From contig OZ037766.1 in the NCBI GenBank assembly GCA_964035545.1, forward strand, positions 6,438,722 to 6,502,721: a stretch of 64,000 nucleotides of DNA, given 5' to 3'. The translations under genes and the position numbers were made by a program. This DNA is from Bugula neritina (taxonomy: Eukaryota > Animalia > Bryozoa). Under the pieces are notes generated by a model. The model saw nothing but the letters and a program-made list of their open reading frames with translations. It ran no database searches and was not told the DNA's origin. The number at the start of each line of letters is the position of its first letter. The first letter of the stretch is position 1. Shown piece by piece: positions 1-15,300 of the stretch.

Positions 1-244
1 TTTCTTTAAGCATAGTTTTGTGAATAACTATTATGTGCTGTTTTATGTAATACTGTATAAAAAATTTAAGAGTTTGCTTAAGTTTATGTGTGAAGTACTA
101 GGACATTTTTATCTGTTTTATTATTTTTTTTGCTTTATTATATGTATTTTGTGTTGGCTCTATATGCTTATTTCACTACAACAATTGAAACTTGAAATCA
201 AGATTATTTACCAGGTTGTTGAAAAGTAAAGCATTATTTTTTAG

Positions 245-373
245 AATGCCAATGGAAAAATCAGCTACAGAATTATAGGCTCCACACCGCTACAAGGTAC
301 AGACCATTTCTACATGATACCAGATACAGGGGAGATAATCACTAGAAGTAGTTTAACATCAAACATCTCACAG
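245..373 (+). CDS. First visible cadherin exon (internal)
   Basis: TTTTTAG|AAT GCC...TCA CAG|GT; reads NANGKISYRIIGSTPLQGTDHFYMIPDTGEIITRSSLTSNISQ; joins in phase 0 to YVLSLEATDNGKPPL at 679. Confidence 0.8.
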
Positions 374-3300
374 GTTTAACTCTAGTTTTAATAATCACCA
401 TGTAGTTTACTTTTACTGGTTTTACCTTACCTGGTTTTGCCTTACCTGGTTGCCTTACCTGGTTGCTTTACCTGGATTTACTTCATCAATGATGGAGTAA
501 TTTGTGAGAGGGTAGCCATCAGTTTAATGTTTGATAATACCACAGTGTAAGTTGTATAATCAGTATCGTCAAGAGGTTTCAAGTAACCTGTTATAAGTTC
601 AACACTCATTATCCAATAGCCAAAGTGAATAGATTATTAAGTTAGTTGTTTATTTGTGTCTTTATTTCTGCCTCACAGTATGTATTGTCACTGGAGGCTA
701 CAGATAATGGAAAACCACCTCTCACTGGAGAGACAACTCTTACTATCAACGTAGTTGGACTCGGCGAAAGAATGGAATTCATTGGGGCTCCTTATTCTCT
801 TGCCATCAACTACACAGTTCCACTCGGTGCTCAAATATTTACTGTAAGTTGTTTCAATTTTATTGATTGATATGATTGCAAATTACAAAGTCTAATTTTT
901 AGTAGGGTGTTTATGTTTTATAACATAAGCCTATGCATATTTTAAATAATATTTAGTTGTTCTTCCAAGGGAATATTTTTTGATACCCACATTGCTACAA
1001 TGTAGCATAATTATTGATTGCTGAAATAACATCATTCTGAATTTCACTAGCTTCTATGTATGTGATAGTCTAGTTTTAATATAGCTTTCAATGAAATGAA
1101 GTTTCTTGTTTTGGTACTCCATTGTTCTAATTTGAAAGAATTATCAAGTCAGGTAATCTACAGTAAATAGCGTGTTGATATTTAACTATATGGTAAATTC
1201 ACTTTATTAGCACACATTTACATGAAGCATCGGTGGTTCAGTGGTAGAATTCTCGCCTGCCACGCGGGAGGCCCGGGTTCAATTCCCGGCCGATGCATTT
1301 TTTGCCAAATTTATATTCTTTTTTTTGTTTTCTTAAAAGCCTCCTTAATTGATATTTACAGTGTTATAATACATTTTATTCATTAAATTTATTTGTTTGT
1401 CTTTTGAAATTTTGTTAATCCAACCTAAAGATCATTTATAAGTATTGAATTGAATGATAGCTAGTTGGCCAACTTAACCTGTTTTTTTTGTAAAGTATAT
1501 TGTACTATTTCAAAGGTGCCTGGCATAAGAAATGGAAACGGTGAGATTACCTACTCTCTGCAAGGGGTTGGCACTTCTGGTCAAATATTTGACATCAGTA
1601 ATGATGGAACTGTAACTGTTAGAGGGAACTTAGGAAGTGACACAACACAAAGGTATATCTAGTTAATTCATACTCATTACATTTGCGTGGAAACCCACTT
1701 GGCAGAACTGATGATATGTTTCTAATTTACAGGTACACAGTGTATATAACAGCAACAGATAGTGCTGGCTCTACTGCCACTGCACAGCTTACCATATCTG
1801 TCACCAGAAATTTGTTCTCGCCAATTATACAGCCACCACTAACTACAAACATCAACATTAGCAGAAGTCTTTCTCCGGATGTGACAATCATAAAAATCAC
1901 TGCTACTGGTAAGATATTTAATGGGTAAAATCAACTACATAAGAATTTAATCAAGAAAAATGTTTTAATAGTAAAGAGTTGGTAATTTAGCATGCAAGCA
2001 AGCCATAAATCTATAATTTTATTGTTATTAATTTGTGTGGTACATAGAAGTTACGGACATATTTTTTATTCAATGTAGTTTAATGTATAAATGCAATAAA
2101 ATATAAAAATAATTATCGAAATAAGAAATGTTGTCATGATGATAAGTTTTTTAATTAAAAACGGAAAAAATTATTTCCCAGACGGGGAATCGAACCCCGG
2201 CCACGGCGGTGAGAGCGCCGGATCCTAACCACTAGACCACCTGGGATCTGCTATATAGCTGCGTTAAACTGTATTTCATTATAAACTAAAAATATTGCAT
2301 TATATATTTCATATAAATATTTCATATATTTCACGAAATATTTCATTATCAACTTAAAATATTACTTGCAGCCTAATTTTTTCCGATTGCTTTGCATTTA
2401 AGCTTTTTAATCCTTAGAAGCAAGTATTTTAAAATTCAATTTTAATTTTGAAAACTCTTACTGAACTGAAAAACATTTTACCAACATATCATTTGAAAAT
2501 GAAACTTTAGGCTGTAGCTATTGTGCACACAATTCATGCCAGTTAGGCTATAAGCATGTGCAACTAGCTCCAACTAATGATAGTTAGGTTGTTTACTTCT
2601 TCTGCAGATGAGGACTCCTTCTCTCCAGGTAATGTCATAGAGTATTTTATCAAGAATCCCAGCTCATCAATAATTCACCAGTTGTTTAAAATCACTGGCA
2701 ACGGAGAGTTGCGTCTCAGAGCTACTCTGACTCAACAATCAGAATCAAGGTAGTTGTTTTCAAATACACTATAATATGCCTGTCAGCAAATTTCATATCT
2801 GAATTTGAGTATAAAATGGTAAAGAGTTGACAGTTTTTTGGTTAGCATGCGGTAGGCAATCAGCACAGAAAAGGTGTTGTATATAGTTCATTAAAACTCT
2901 AAATGAATATAATACCTATTATAAATATAGTTATACTCATTGATGCAAATACATAAAGTTATATGACTATGTTATTAGAAACATTTGTAAAGTTGAACAC
3001 TTGGTAAGAATAAAAAGAATGGTTTTTCATTTTGATAGCCCTGTCACTGTTGATATTGCAGTTACCAGGTATTGGTTGGGGTGCGTGATCAAGGCAGCCC
3101 ACCCAAGGAGTCTAGTCAGACCGCCATAGTAAACATAAATATTCTGTCTATCAGCAACTCGGCGCCTGTGTTTGTTGACTCGTATAGTGCTGAGCTCAAC
3201 TCTACCGTCCCGACTAATACATTAGTTGTGAGAGTTCAAGCTGTTGACTCAAATCCAAGTTCTGTTCTGACATACAGGATTGTTTGTAAGTTATTCTTTC

Positions 3301-6300
3301 ATATTTTGAAAATGAAGTTTTAGGCTGTAGCTATTGTGCACACAATTCATGCCAGTTTATTTTTTATTAAAAGTTGCTACATTTAAGTGTATAATAATAC
3401 TCAGGTGTTTTGGTGTGAATATAACAAATATTGATAATTTTATTGAAACCACTTGATATCTGTTTGTCTGATAATTGCAGCTACAGATAACTTGTCCACT
3501 TTCTTTAAAATGGATAGTAATAGTGGTCGTATTACTACTAATGGAACTCTATCCTCCTTTGATGAGAGCTCAGTTACACTATGGGTAGAGGCTAAAGATG
3601 AACAGGGAGCCATTGCTAATACTGTTGTTAGAATAACTGTCATCAGGTTAGTTGGTGTTTATAACTTCAGAAAAAAAAATTAAAAAAAGCTTTCCCAGAC
3701 GGGGAATCGAACCCCGGCCACGGCGGTGAGAGCGCCGGATCCTAACCACTAGACCACCTGGGAGTGCTGAGGGAACGTGCTAATATAAAGTATTTTATAA
3801 AGTACAGTATGTTTATATAGCCGTATCGTTACATTAGTTTAGTGTGTGATAATTTAGGCATTAATTGTTCAATTTGCTTTGAGCTGCCAATAGCAAAGTT
3901 TGTAATGCCGTGGAGAAGCTTGAAATCATTTTTCAGCTTTTCATAGATTTATCAAAGCCAAGTGACTTTTTTTCTCGGGTAAAACATGCATTTAAGACAA
4001 CTAATTAATTAAGTTAACTTCTGAACTAAGCACAGTGATTGGAACACAGCGCAGCAGTAATGAGCCAAAGTGTAACTTTGCTCATAATTTCACATTTGGA
4101 GTAAGCATGTTACACTGGTGCACTGTGATGTAATGCTCTATATAGCACGGCAATGAGCCGTAGCATGTAGTAATAGACTGAGTACCCCCTCAAACTAAGC
4201 AAAATATGCTCTTGTGGGGGGGGGGCTCTCACAGGTTGAGAAGCTGCAAATATAAGCAGTTTGTTTTTCTTAGTCGTTTATATTATATTTATTACTTATA
4301 TTTTTGAAATACTTTATGAAAATTGTTATAAAAATTCCATGATGTTGATGTACATATGTACAAATTTATAAATTTAACAACCAACTTAGCTTTTACTTAC
4401 AAATAATTGCCAACATGTACTCTTTTAGATAAATAATTTCTAATAATTGTTGATATTTTTATAGGAATCAGAACTGCCCTGTGTTTGAGAGAACGCGCTA
4501 TGTGGTTACTGTAAGGGAGACGATTCCCTTTGGAGAGACTATTCTGACAGTTACAGCCTCTGATGCTGACACCATTGATCTCTACAATCAGATAGACTAC
4601 TCGGTACTCCATCTTGTAAACTTATATAATATGACTTATATAACACAGTTTCCTCTGATTTTTCTCACATTGGTGAGCATAGTTATTTCCTTAAAGGTAC
4701 ATGATTTTATGGATAAAATAATTTTCAGATTGCTGGTGATGGTATTGCTGATGATTATTTCACTATTGATGAAGATGGACGAGTATCTATTAGACAGAGT
4801 TTACAGTTGGACACACAGAAGAGAACCATCTACAATGTACGTAATACAACCATCTATACTGTATGTTATACAACCATCTACAATGTACGTAATACAACCA
4901 TCTATACTGTACGTAATACAACCATCTATACTGTATGTTATAGTACAACCATCTATAGCACATGTAATGCTCTGTTATTGTTGGCGCGTCTAGTAAAGAA
5001 TATACATGAGTTTTTTAAATAAATTAATTTGCAAAATCAGATTTTTTTTTAACATTAAATGTAGAACTTTTGGAAGGTTTCGCTCTAAACATTTTTTGTA
5101 CCCAGATGAGTATTGAGTGTCAGCTCGACTAAGCCAAATTATATTATATTTTTATATTATGTTATATTATTTGTATATTATTAGCATTGCGCTTTCTCAT
5201 TTATTGATTGAAGTGTTTGAAAAATACTGAAGTTGTTTCTTTTCTAGTCACTGACTATCTAGTGCCCTTCTGGCCTGCATTAATGTTTATCTGTACTCAA
5301 AGCCTAAACAGACAACCATATCTATATATAATATATGTATTACATATTACATATTATATAATATATGCATTACAGCTGGTGATTGGAGCTAGAGATCGGG
5401 CTCCTATAAGATCATGTGAAGCCATCAACCAAGCAGAAGTAACTGTTAATGTCTACCGCAATCAACATGCTCCCGTCTTTATCAACGAGCCATATGAAGT
5501 TAACTTAGGTATGTTTTCACCACCCATCTTTGATTTCCTTTTCACTGTCATATAGTTACAGGAGTTATAAATGTTAAAACCTATTTCATGCTGCTACATT
5601 CTATTCTGTAACAAAAAGTTGAAATATTAGCATAAAGTGTACTTTTATGAAGTCTTGATGTAAAAGAATCACCTATGCACTAAATTCATAATACAACTTG
5701 CTGTTAACTCACTCACAGTGTCTGTTGTGTAGCTGTGTTCTATGTTGACCCCAGGGTTAGGGAGCTCCGTCAACAGCCCCGTTGTGACTGTAACAGCCAC
5801 TGATGCTGATACCCTATACTACAGGAACATCAAATACAGTTTAGTTGGGGATTCAACAGCCCTTAACTTTTTCAAGATTAATTCGGGTACCGGAGTTGTG
5901 TCCCTTAGCGCAGACATTACGGCACAGGAAGATGCTGTATATAGGTATGCATTGTGTCTTCGCACACACTACATAGCATATGAATTTATATTTAGGTTTG
6001 TTCTACACATATCGAGAATCAACAGCATAAATTTGGTTATCACTGTCTTGTAGATTAATACTGCAAGCCACAGACGATGGTATACCGGCACTATTAGATA
6101 CTACGGTGGCTACTGTAACAGTCAACAGGAACAACTTTGCTCCCAGATTCAATCCTTTAGACTATGGACCTATCAGGATACTTGAGACGGAGGTAATTAA
6201 ACTTCATTTGTATGTAAAACTAAATAATGTTTGGAAAGAATTTAGGCTAATGACTTGAATATATCACATGTGTTGCTCGGCTTTGTAGGCGATAGGCAAG

Positions 6301-9300
6301 AAGTTGGTGACTGTGGTAGCTACGGACAGAGATGGTGACCAGGTTCAATATAGAACGATAGGTGACGGTAATGCCCCGCAGTTCTTTCAAGTAAACTCAG
6401 TGACGGGAGATGTCTCTGCTGTCCAGGATCTGAGGCTAGATGACAGACTAACGTACACTGTAAGTAGCTGGTCCTTAGACTAAACACTGCAGCTGTAAAT
6501 GTTGCTTCGCATTTAGTGAAACTATTGACTTTCTAGCTGTTATGTGCCACTAGAGCAAATTTATTTATTGTTTGACTGGCTTTTAGTTTGAGTGCATTTG
6601 GTTACACCAGTCTATAATATGTTATAAACAAAAGTGTCTGTAACAATTTCTCTCTATTTGGATTCATGTCCATATTGGTGTCACTAGTAGCCTATGTATT
6701 GACAACTCCCACTTTCTAATTTATATAAGTTAACTTGCATGAGTGAATTTTTTGTTGAGTTTCAGCTGACTCCTGTCGTTCTAATATTTTTAGAACTAAT
6801 TTTACTGGTTTAGCCCCAAGGTTTTGCTACTCAAGGTTCCATGGATTTTTGCTTGACCTGAGTTTTTAATATTTGGGTGGTCCTAGGGTTTCATTTTAAT
6901 GCATGCAGACAAATTTTCATGCTAGAACAGTAGCTAGAACTATTGTTATATAAGTATAAGTCAGTACATACCTCAAATGTTGTTGTGGCCTATGGGTAGC
7001 ATAGGCCATGGTTTTCATTGCTGCTATAGGCATTTGTCATAGTGTCTAAACATACTTGTAGACAAGGTTAGCCAGAGTGTCTAGGTTATTCCATGAAAAA
7101 TAAATACTTTTTTTGAGCAAATCTGATGGTTTTCTGTAATAAATATTGATTGAAAGCTGAAAGCTGCAGTCAGGACAGCCTAACACATAATCAGATTATA
7201 TCATGTCATAGTATTATTGGTAGGAGAGTTCATCAATTTATGAAAAGTAAAGTCTAAATCACAATTTCGGTGATAGATTTTCAATAATACGAAGCATAGT
7301 GACACTAGTGGCTTGCAGTGTATTCTGCAGTATTGCAGCCAAATCTGATATTGATAGCTATTGTAAATTACAGCCAAATTGATTGAACCTAGTATTTCAT
7401 CATGCTTTGACAAGTAGGTAGCGTGGCCGAGCGGTCTAAGGCGCTGGTTTAAGGCACCAGTCTCTTCGGAGGCGTGGGTTCGAATCCCACCGCTGCCATA
7501 TCTTTTTCTTTACTTTTACATTGAAAGTGGCTGAAAACAATAATATTATATATAATGGGTGAGCCATTCAAATGTATAGAGTGAAATTATTTGGTAATTC
7601 TACGCAACAAGTGGAAACTGTTAATATTTCAGTAAATATGGTAGGTTTCATCACCAAATTTTTCATTCTTTTTATATACACTTTACATAGAAAATTTATT
7701 TAATATATAATTGTATGTGCAAAATTTCTTTAGATGCAAATTATGTGTTACTTTTATATAGCTGTAAATTTGTTTGTTAATATTGAATAAAGAGTCTCTT
7801 TCTTTTGACAGGTTAATTTGAATTAGATTGTTTGTGACTGACTGTAATATCAAATAACATAACATGCCTTAATAAGAAATCAAGAGCTTTTTTCCAAATT
7901 GCATTTGAGTTTTTTTCGTGAGAACATTATTAAAAGGTTGGTGGTAATTTTTATTTTACAGCTAAGGTTGATGGCATCTGATGTCGCATCATTTTCTCAG
8001 GACACAGCACAACCAGCCATAGTAACAATCACAGTAGCCAGAAATTTGTACAGCCCACGCTTCTTTGGTGCGAGACCGTACGTTGCCACTGTCAACGGTG
8101 ATGTCAGTATCAGTGAGGAAGTGATTAGAGTGTTTGCAAATGACTCTGACTCAGATGTGAGTATCAACTTGAGTTCAAATGTTTGTTGAGTAGATGCTTC
8201 AACCTTGAAGTTTTTACCCTCCTAGCTTGTTTCTTGTGACTTATTAAATTTGCCCAAGTCTCGTAGAGCTGGCAACTACTTATAATGAGAAATGAACAGT
8301 AATATATGAGTTGTTTTTCTTACTCTAGTCTCCATTCAACCAAGTCACATACACCATCATTGATGGCAGCGATAAATTCGCCATCAACACATTCGGGCAG
8401 ATTACGTTACGTCAAGTGCTGCCAGAAGGCCGATATACTGGACGGATAAGAGCAGCAGATGGCGGAGTGCCAAGTAAATCTACGGATGAAGTCTTTACAG
8501 TCATTGTGGGCAGTAGCAACACCACCCTGGAGTGTCCTGTATTTGCTTCAAGTTCTCGGACTAAATCCGTCACCATACTGGAAACACACGATCCTCAAGT
8601 ACATACAATATTTCTAGCATACTGGCTAACATTTGATATTAAAACGGGTGAATTCATCAGCAATGAGAAAAATGTACCTGCGCTGCAATCAACCATTTTT
8701 GATTTGCTATTCATTTCTTTGCCAGTTCTTAAAGCTGTCTAGTTTGTGTGCAGGTGCAGTCCATAGCACGAAACTTGCTCGTTATATCTATTGAATGTCA
8801 AGCTTGATGGAAATGATAAAACTCTAGCTGTATTTCCAGGCAGTGATTACAAGCATAGAGGCCGCACTTACCACATCCGGGAGTTTTGCATACAGAGTAA
8901 CGGCAGACAGTGTTGCTGTCACATACTTCTTTGTTGAAAGAGGAAATAATGGGGAGGGGCAGATTAAGTTGAAGCAGACAATAGCTGGGTTACGTCAGAA
9001 CTCTTACACACTTACCATTCATGCCGGTTCTCTCAGCTGTGATACACTCCAGGTAGCCCACTGCATCTCCTTTAGCTTTCATCTAGCAAGAGATTTTTAT
9101 AGTAACTAATCAGCACTATTTGATGTTATACTTAGTATTATCCACTGCACTGGTATTTTTTGTTATTGAAGGTTTATATTTCATTTATGTAACTAGAGGA
9201 CACAATTCTTAATCTAGTGGCGGTGGATTTCTTAGGTGTTTCAATGCTGCATTTGAATTCCTCTGTGTTCCTATGTAAATAACTAAATATCTGGAGTATA

Positions 9301-12300
9301 GAAAATTGTTTTTTATTATTGTAGATTCCAGCTGTTGTCACTGTGAATGTGGTGAGAAATCTGCACTCACCTGTGTTTGAGACTGTGTCTTATGACAAAT
9401 CTATTGGAAGTCTACTCGCTGTCAACAGCGTTATTGTCACACTTCGGGCTATCGATAATGATGTTGATCACTTTGGTATTGTTAAGGTATATAAAGTTAC
9501 TTTTGCTAGCTTTTGCACACAGTATAAAAGTGGTATAAAACTTATAATATTACCCACACAATCTATAACGCTCATTTCGTAAAGATTTTTTTAATTTATC
9601 GTATTTGTATTTTGAAAATATTACTTCCTGCATAAGTATAGGCAAGTAGGTTTTATGATTGTTTTAATCACATCATAAAGGAAACTTACACACCATTACT
9701 TTTAGCAGTTAAAGTTTTATGAGATTAAAATTACGGTTTATTTTTTTTTGTTATATGAAAACTGATTTTGTTCTATAGTATGAGTTGCTAGGAACTACAA
9801 ATGCTCTGGAATACTTCTCTGTGAACACCGAGAATGGAGAGATAACTCTGACAAAGTCCCTGGCTAATACTACATCCTCGACGTTCACACTAGTGGCAAG
9901 AGCTTATGACATGGGACAACCTGCTAAATATGATGTCATCACATTTACTTTCACTATGGAAGAGAACCTGTTCTCACCTGTCATAAGTCCACTCACATAT
10001 ACAGCCACCATTTATGAGACACATGATATAGGTACTTGCTACTGTACTTGTGGTGTGACTAATTTGGTAAATGAATTTTTTAAAACATTTACACTGTAAG
10101 GCTCTCAATATTTTTATGGGTAAAAACACGAGTATATGACGTATATTAGTGATTGCTGATGTCAGGAAGAGCATTTAATTCTAATAGTTTCTGTGCCTAT
10201 AACAAAAGTCCTCAAACCTTGTTTTCAGCATGGTGAGAGGTGTAGTCCTTAGCTTGCCTAACTTCTGGTCATCAGAAGTTTTCACAGAGATGAAGACTTT
10301 ACACATACATGAGTTTTTTTCTAGCTATGACTTGATTTCTTGTGAATCAGCTACTAGGAGAGTTCAAGTTCTACTCACTGAGAAGTCAATGATGTCCCAG
10401 ATAGAGCAGACAATTTCCCAATGTCAAATGTATTGCATATAATTACAGGAATACCTATAATACAAATAAGTGCAACGGACTCTGATAGTAAGGCTCCATA
10501 CAATAGGCTGACATACCATATCACTACTAGCTCTGCTCCTGGGATATTCACCATCAACAGCGACGGTCAGCTTAGTCTGCTGCAAGAAATATCAAACAGG
10601 TGAGTCGTAAGAACCACATTGTTGTCTTTCAATCACTTTTGATACTCATTTCAAGAGAGCAGCTCAATTAATCACCAAAACTATTATTCTTTCCTAAAAA
10701 TCTTGATTCAGCAATTTCTATATAACACGTTTATGTTTTATGCTAATAAATGCTATACTGCCATTAATGTCCATAATGCATGCAACATTCTTGTTTATGC
10801 TTATTGGCCAATATTTCCCATCTTGCAGCTCTCCAGATGAGTTCACTGTGAGGATAGTGGCGAGAGATCAGGGTCCCGTACCACGGGAATCTCAAGAGGC
10901 AACCGTCACGGTCTCAGTTACGAAGAACCGTTATGCTCCAGTGGCTCGTATTGAACCTTCCACAATTACTATCGGTAAGCAGTCTACAAAGTCAAAACAA
11001 CTTTTAGTAAAAGATATAATGATAACCTGTATTAAAGTCTCACGAGTTTTGTCAATTGTTCTCACTTGTTACTCAGTTTATGTTTATATTTTTAGTCTTG
11101 ACATAACATATATGTGAGTAGCTTATTTGAAATTGACAAATTTAAAGTTACTTAAGTTTGCTGTAAATTGTATTCCTTTATCAAGTTCAAATTTTATCAA
11201 AATTTAAATGCTTATGCGTGATATAGACATATCATGTACATCATACATGTTATCACAACTATTAACATCCAAGACTGTAGATTGTGTTTACACTGTATTT
11301 TGCAAAACCAATTATCAAATATATTTTACTATTAGATACTGGAGGTACGTAAACCCTGAAACATTTTTTCCTATTTCTGAATAGTTTTAATCAACCCTGA
11401 CCAAAATTATCTTTAAATAGTTAGTTTTCCTTTCATTTCTTTAACTAGAATACTAATTTTGTTTTATTCTTGCTGTAATGCATGATGACTATTTTGATTT
11501 AATTAAAGTTGATGATAGATGCTGTTTTCTTCTGCGTTAACAATTTAATTATGGCAAAACTCTCAAGTGGGACACAAAGCATAGAGCTGTGTCATAGCAA
11601 TATTTTGTAAACGAACTATTTACCTCAGACTATCTTCTCTATGCATGATTTCGCTTACTTATTCAACCTTTTTTCCAACTAAAATTAGGAAAACTTTAGC
11701 TACATTAATGAGCTCACACTAGGCTCTAGGGCCTAGGCTGTATTGTAAGGATCATATATGTATACATACTAATAAATCTACAGTTTGAAACTGCACATCT
11801 ACAAAGAATTGCCTGTTATAGATGGGAGTGTTACTGTTGGAAGTACAATAGCAAGAGTAGTCGCCACCGACAATGATCTCCCACCGTTCAACAGAATCCA
11901 GTACAGCCTGACAGGAGAGGATAGTGCCCCGGTGTTCTTTGATGTCGACTTCAATGGAAACATATTTGTGAAGAGTGCATTGTCAGCTGACACAAGCACT
12001 GAGTACAACCTGCGCCTAGTTGTCAGTGATTCTGGCAGACCACCCAAATCTTCAGTTGTCTCCGCTACAGTCCAGCTGACTAAAAATAGGTAATCAGTAG
12101 TGCAGTGTCCCTGATACTGAATTTATAATTAAAAGTTGTGTTCCCCCTCCCCCCCTTCCCCGAAGGTACATAATTATTTTAACCTTATTATATAAAGCAT
12201 TCTCATCAAAAGTTCGAAGTTTGATGCTACAAAAATCAGTAAGTACTGCAATTAGCATGAGGGTTTCTAATGCCCACATGGTAATAACATATTCAAGTTT

Positions 12301-15300
12301 ATAATCTCATAAGCAGCAATAAATCATTTTAATTTTTGCTTTACCATGATATTGTATAAAACTTAGTTAAATGACTAGCAATTAGAAGAAGCTCACTAGT
12401 GTCTTTAACCTCACATATGTGATAGTTCCATCTACTCAAGCCACTCTTACATATTTGAATTATTTTACAGGTATGCCCCTGTTATAACAGGCCCTTGGAG
12501 TGTCACCATCAATGAAAACCAAGCATTGGGTGAGCCTGTATTAACACTGACTGGCTACGACAATGACACAACGTCACCTCACAATCAGTTCACGTACGAG
12601 ACGACAGCTAGCAGCTTGCAGTGGTTTGACATCACTTCTGACGGTGCAGTTTATGTGAAAAGAGTAAGTGTAAATCAAAATAACTATAATTATATAGAGT
12701 CTACATAGATGATTTAGAGAGATTAATGTGTCCAAAGATTATTAACTTTCACTTTATTGAAATTCTAGAAGCTTTTATTTAATATTTTAATTTTAACCTT
12801 TGTATGCTACCTTTTTGCTGCTCTACTCATGTAGTGGTAACATGTGACATGTTTTAGTGGTGATGTACTGTTTATGATGCTTGTATTTTAGGATCTACGC
12901 CCAGGAACACGAAATGTGTACCGGTTTAACATTCAGGCGAAAGATCGTGGAACTCCGTCAAAATCCTCCGCAGTTGGGAGAGTTACTGTCAATGTGAACA
13001 GAAACAGCAATAGCCCCTTCTTTGTCAATACTCCGTATCTCAAGTCTTTAGACAGAAATACTTCTGCTGGTTTGTTTTTAGAATACACAACAGTTGATTT
13101 AAAATTATTATTTGTAGTAAAATTATTAATAAGCTGTAGAATTTTTAGAGTAATAAATTTGCTTTTTTTCTAATCATTTAAAGTAAAATTTTATTGAGCT
13201 ATATAACATGCCAACATCATTTTAGTCTCGATAGACTGTAGATGTGTTACTGGGAAAAGTATATTAAAATTTGTGGCTTAATAATGATATTTCACTTGAT
13301 TCTAAAAGCAAGAGTGATAATGAGTTTTCCAAAAAATCAAAAGCTAAAATTAGCATACAAAAAGGTTGCAAGGGGGCACTGGGAGTTGAACCCAGGGCCT
13401 ATCGGACTGCAGCCGATTGCTCTACCACTGAGCTATACCCCCTTGTGTTAGTATAAGAAATATATTTACTGTGCACTCATGTTATTATGAATAAAATGTT
13501 GGTAACGGCTTGCATTTTTGTATTGCCTAATCAAGGAAACTAGTGATTGCGATATCACCAGTTTTATTTGCAAGTTGTTGCAACAGCTAATTAATGGGAC
13601 AATTTTATATTATTGTCAATGCCAACTGAATTTATCAGTAATATGCTATAGCACAATAGCACAATAGCTAAAGCTATTTCTGCGTTGTATATACTAAATC
13701 CTGGAGTTTAAAACCTAATTTCCCTAATTCAGCTATATTCTGTAATGTTCATGCAGCTTTTTTTCCCACGTAATGTCTTGTTTTGACTAGTCTATAAAAA
13801 AGTGGAATTGAAACTAAAATACTTAAATTTTTTCCCCCGTCATGTTTTATATTACACTGTAGCTTGAGGAGCAAGTTGTACACAAAGTTCATCAGTATTG
13901 CGTAATATTCTGTATGTAGTGCATTAAACTTGTATGTTTGTGTTAAGGGGATGTGGTGTTTACTGTGGAGGCACAAGACAATGATGTGACTGCACCATTC
14001 AACACTATCACCTACTCCATCATAGGGGATGAGGGGGTTGCAGGAGTGTTTGTCATCAATCCTAGCAACGGACAGATACGTCTCATATCTTCACTATCTA
14101 CTACGTCTCAAAGTGTGTTCAGAGTGAGTTACCGGACTTGCACCACAGTGACTGTGGTTCACAGATCACAATGACTCATGGTTTAGAGTACCAGTTGCTT
14201 TAAACATACATCTGATTTAGATCTCATCCACTACTGTCCTCTAAATGTTCACCATTTTCCATATTACTCAAAGCCTGTGTTCTAGATTAGAAATGTAGCA
14301 TAAAAAGTTATGTTCTTGCGAGAATTTCAACCCGCATCCCAAACCAAAATTTATAAAGAAATTGAAAGAACTTAGGCTATCTCAATTTCTCCACTACTGC
14401 TCCTAAATGTCTAAAATCTAAATGTTTATCATTTTCCATGTTACTCAGGACCATGCTGGCGCCTAATCCTTTCATTTTTGGTTTACTTACTTCATGTGTC
14501 TCGTCACAGGTTCGTGTACAAGCCAGTGATGGTGGCGCTCCTTCAAAGTCAGCTGTGGAGTCAGTGTACATCAACATTACATGTGCCGCCTCATCTTCCG
14601 TCACTCAGCCGAGTCAGCAGGTACAGCTCTTGGAGACGGCAGCTGTTGGTAGTTATGCCAACCTGACTGTCACAGGAACAGGAAGTACCGTGTTCCGGTT
14701 AGATGATCCTCTCTTCTATATAACTACTGATGGTGAGTATAGATACACATCATAGTGTATTGTGATTGTTTACAGCATATCCAAGAGTAACCTTGGCAAC
14801 AATATCAACAGCAAATAATAATGCAAAGACTTTGTCATGGAAAATTGCTATATGCAGCACAAAACTTGGGGTTTGGGCAATAATGTGTAAACAGACAACC
14901 TACGGTACTCAGCGACATCAAGCTCTATGCTTCATCTATCGATTCCCTTGTCATGCTGTATCATCCTCAGATATTATAATGCTCTTCCAGGCAGAGTAAT
15001 GGTGCGCCAACCCCTGTATGGCAGAGAGGAGAGCCAATACACTTTTAATGTTTATATTGTTGATGATTGTGGCTCGGCTTCTAGCTATGTTCCAGTAGTT
15101 GTTACTTTCCTTCGCAATGTGAATGCCCCGAGTTTTCAGGTTTGGCGATTTACTTACTAATTATTTATGCTTATTTTGTACATAAAATTCCATGATTATA
15201 ATATATACCAACTTATGTAATTAGCATTAAATATTAATATGTGCTATTTAGTGATTGTATGAATATTTTTACCCATAGATGAAAGCTTGTGATTTTGCGA

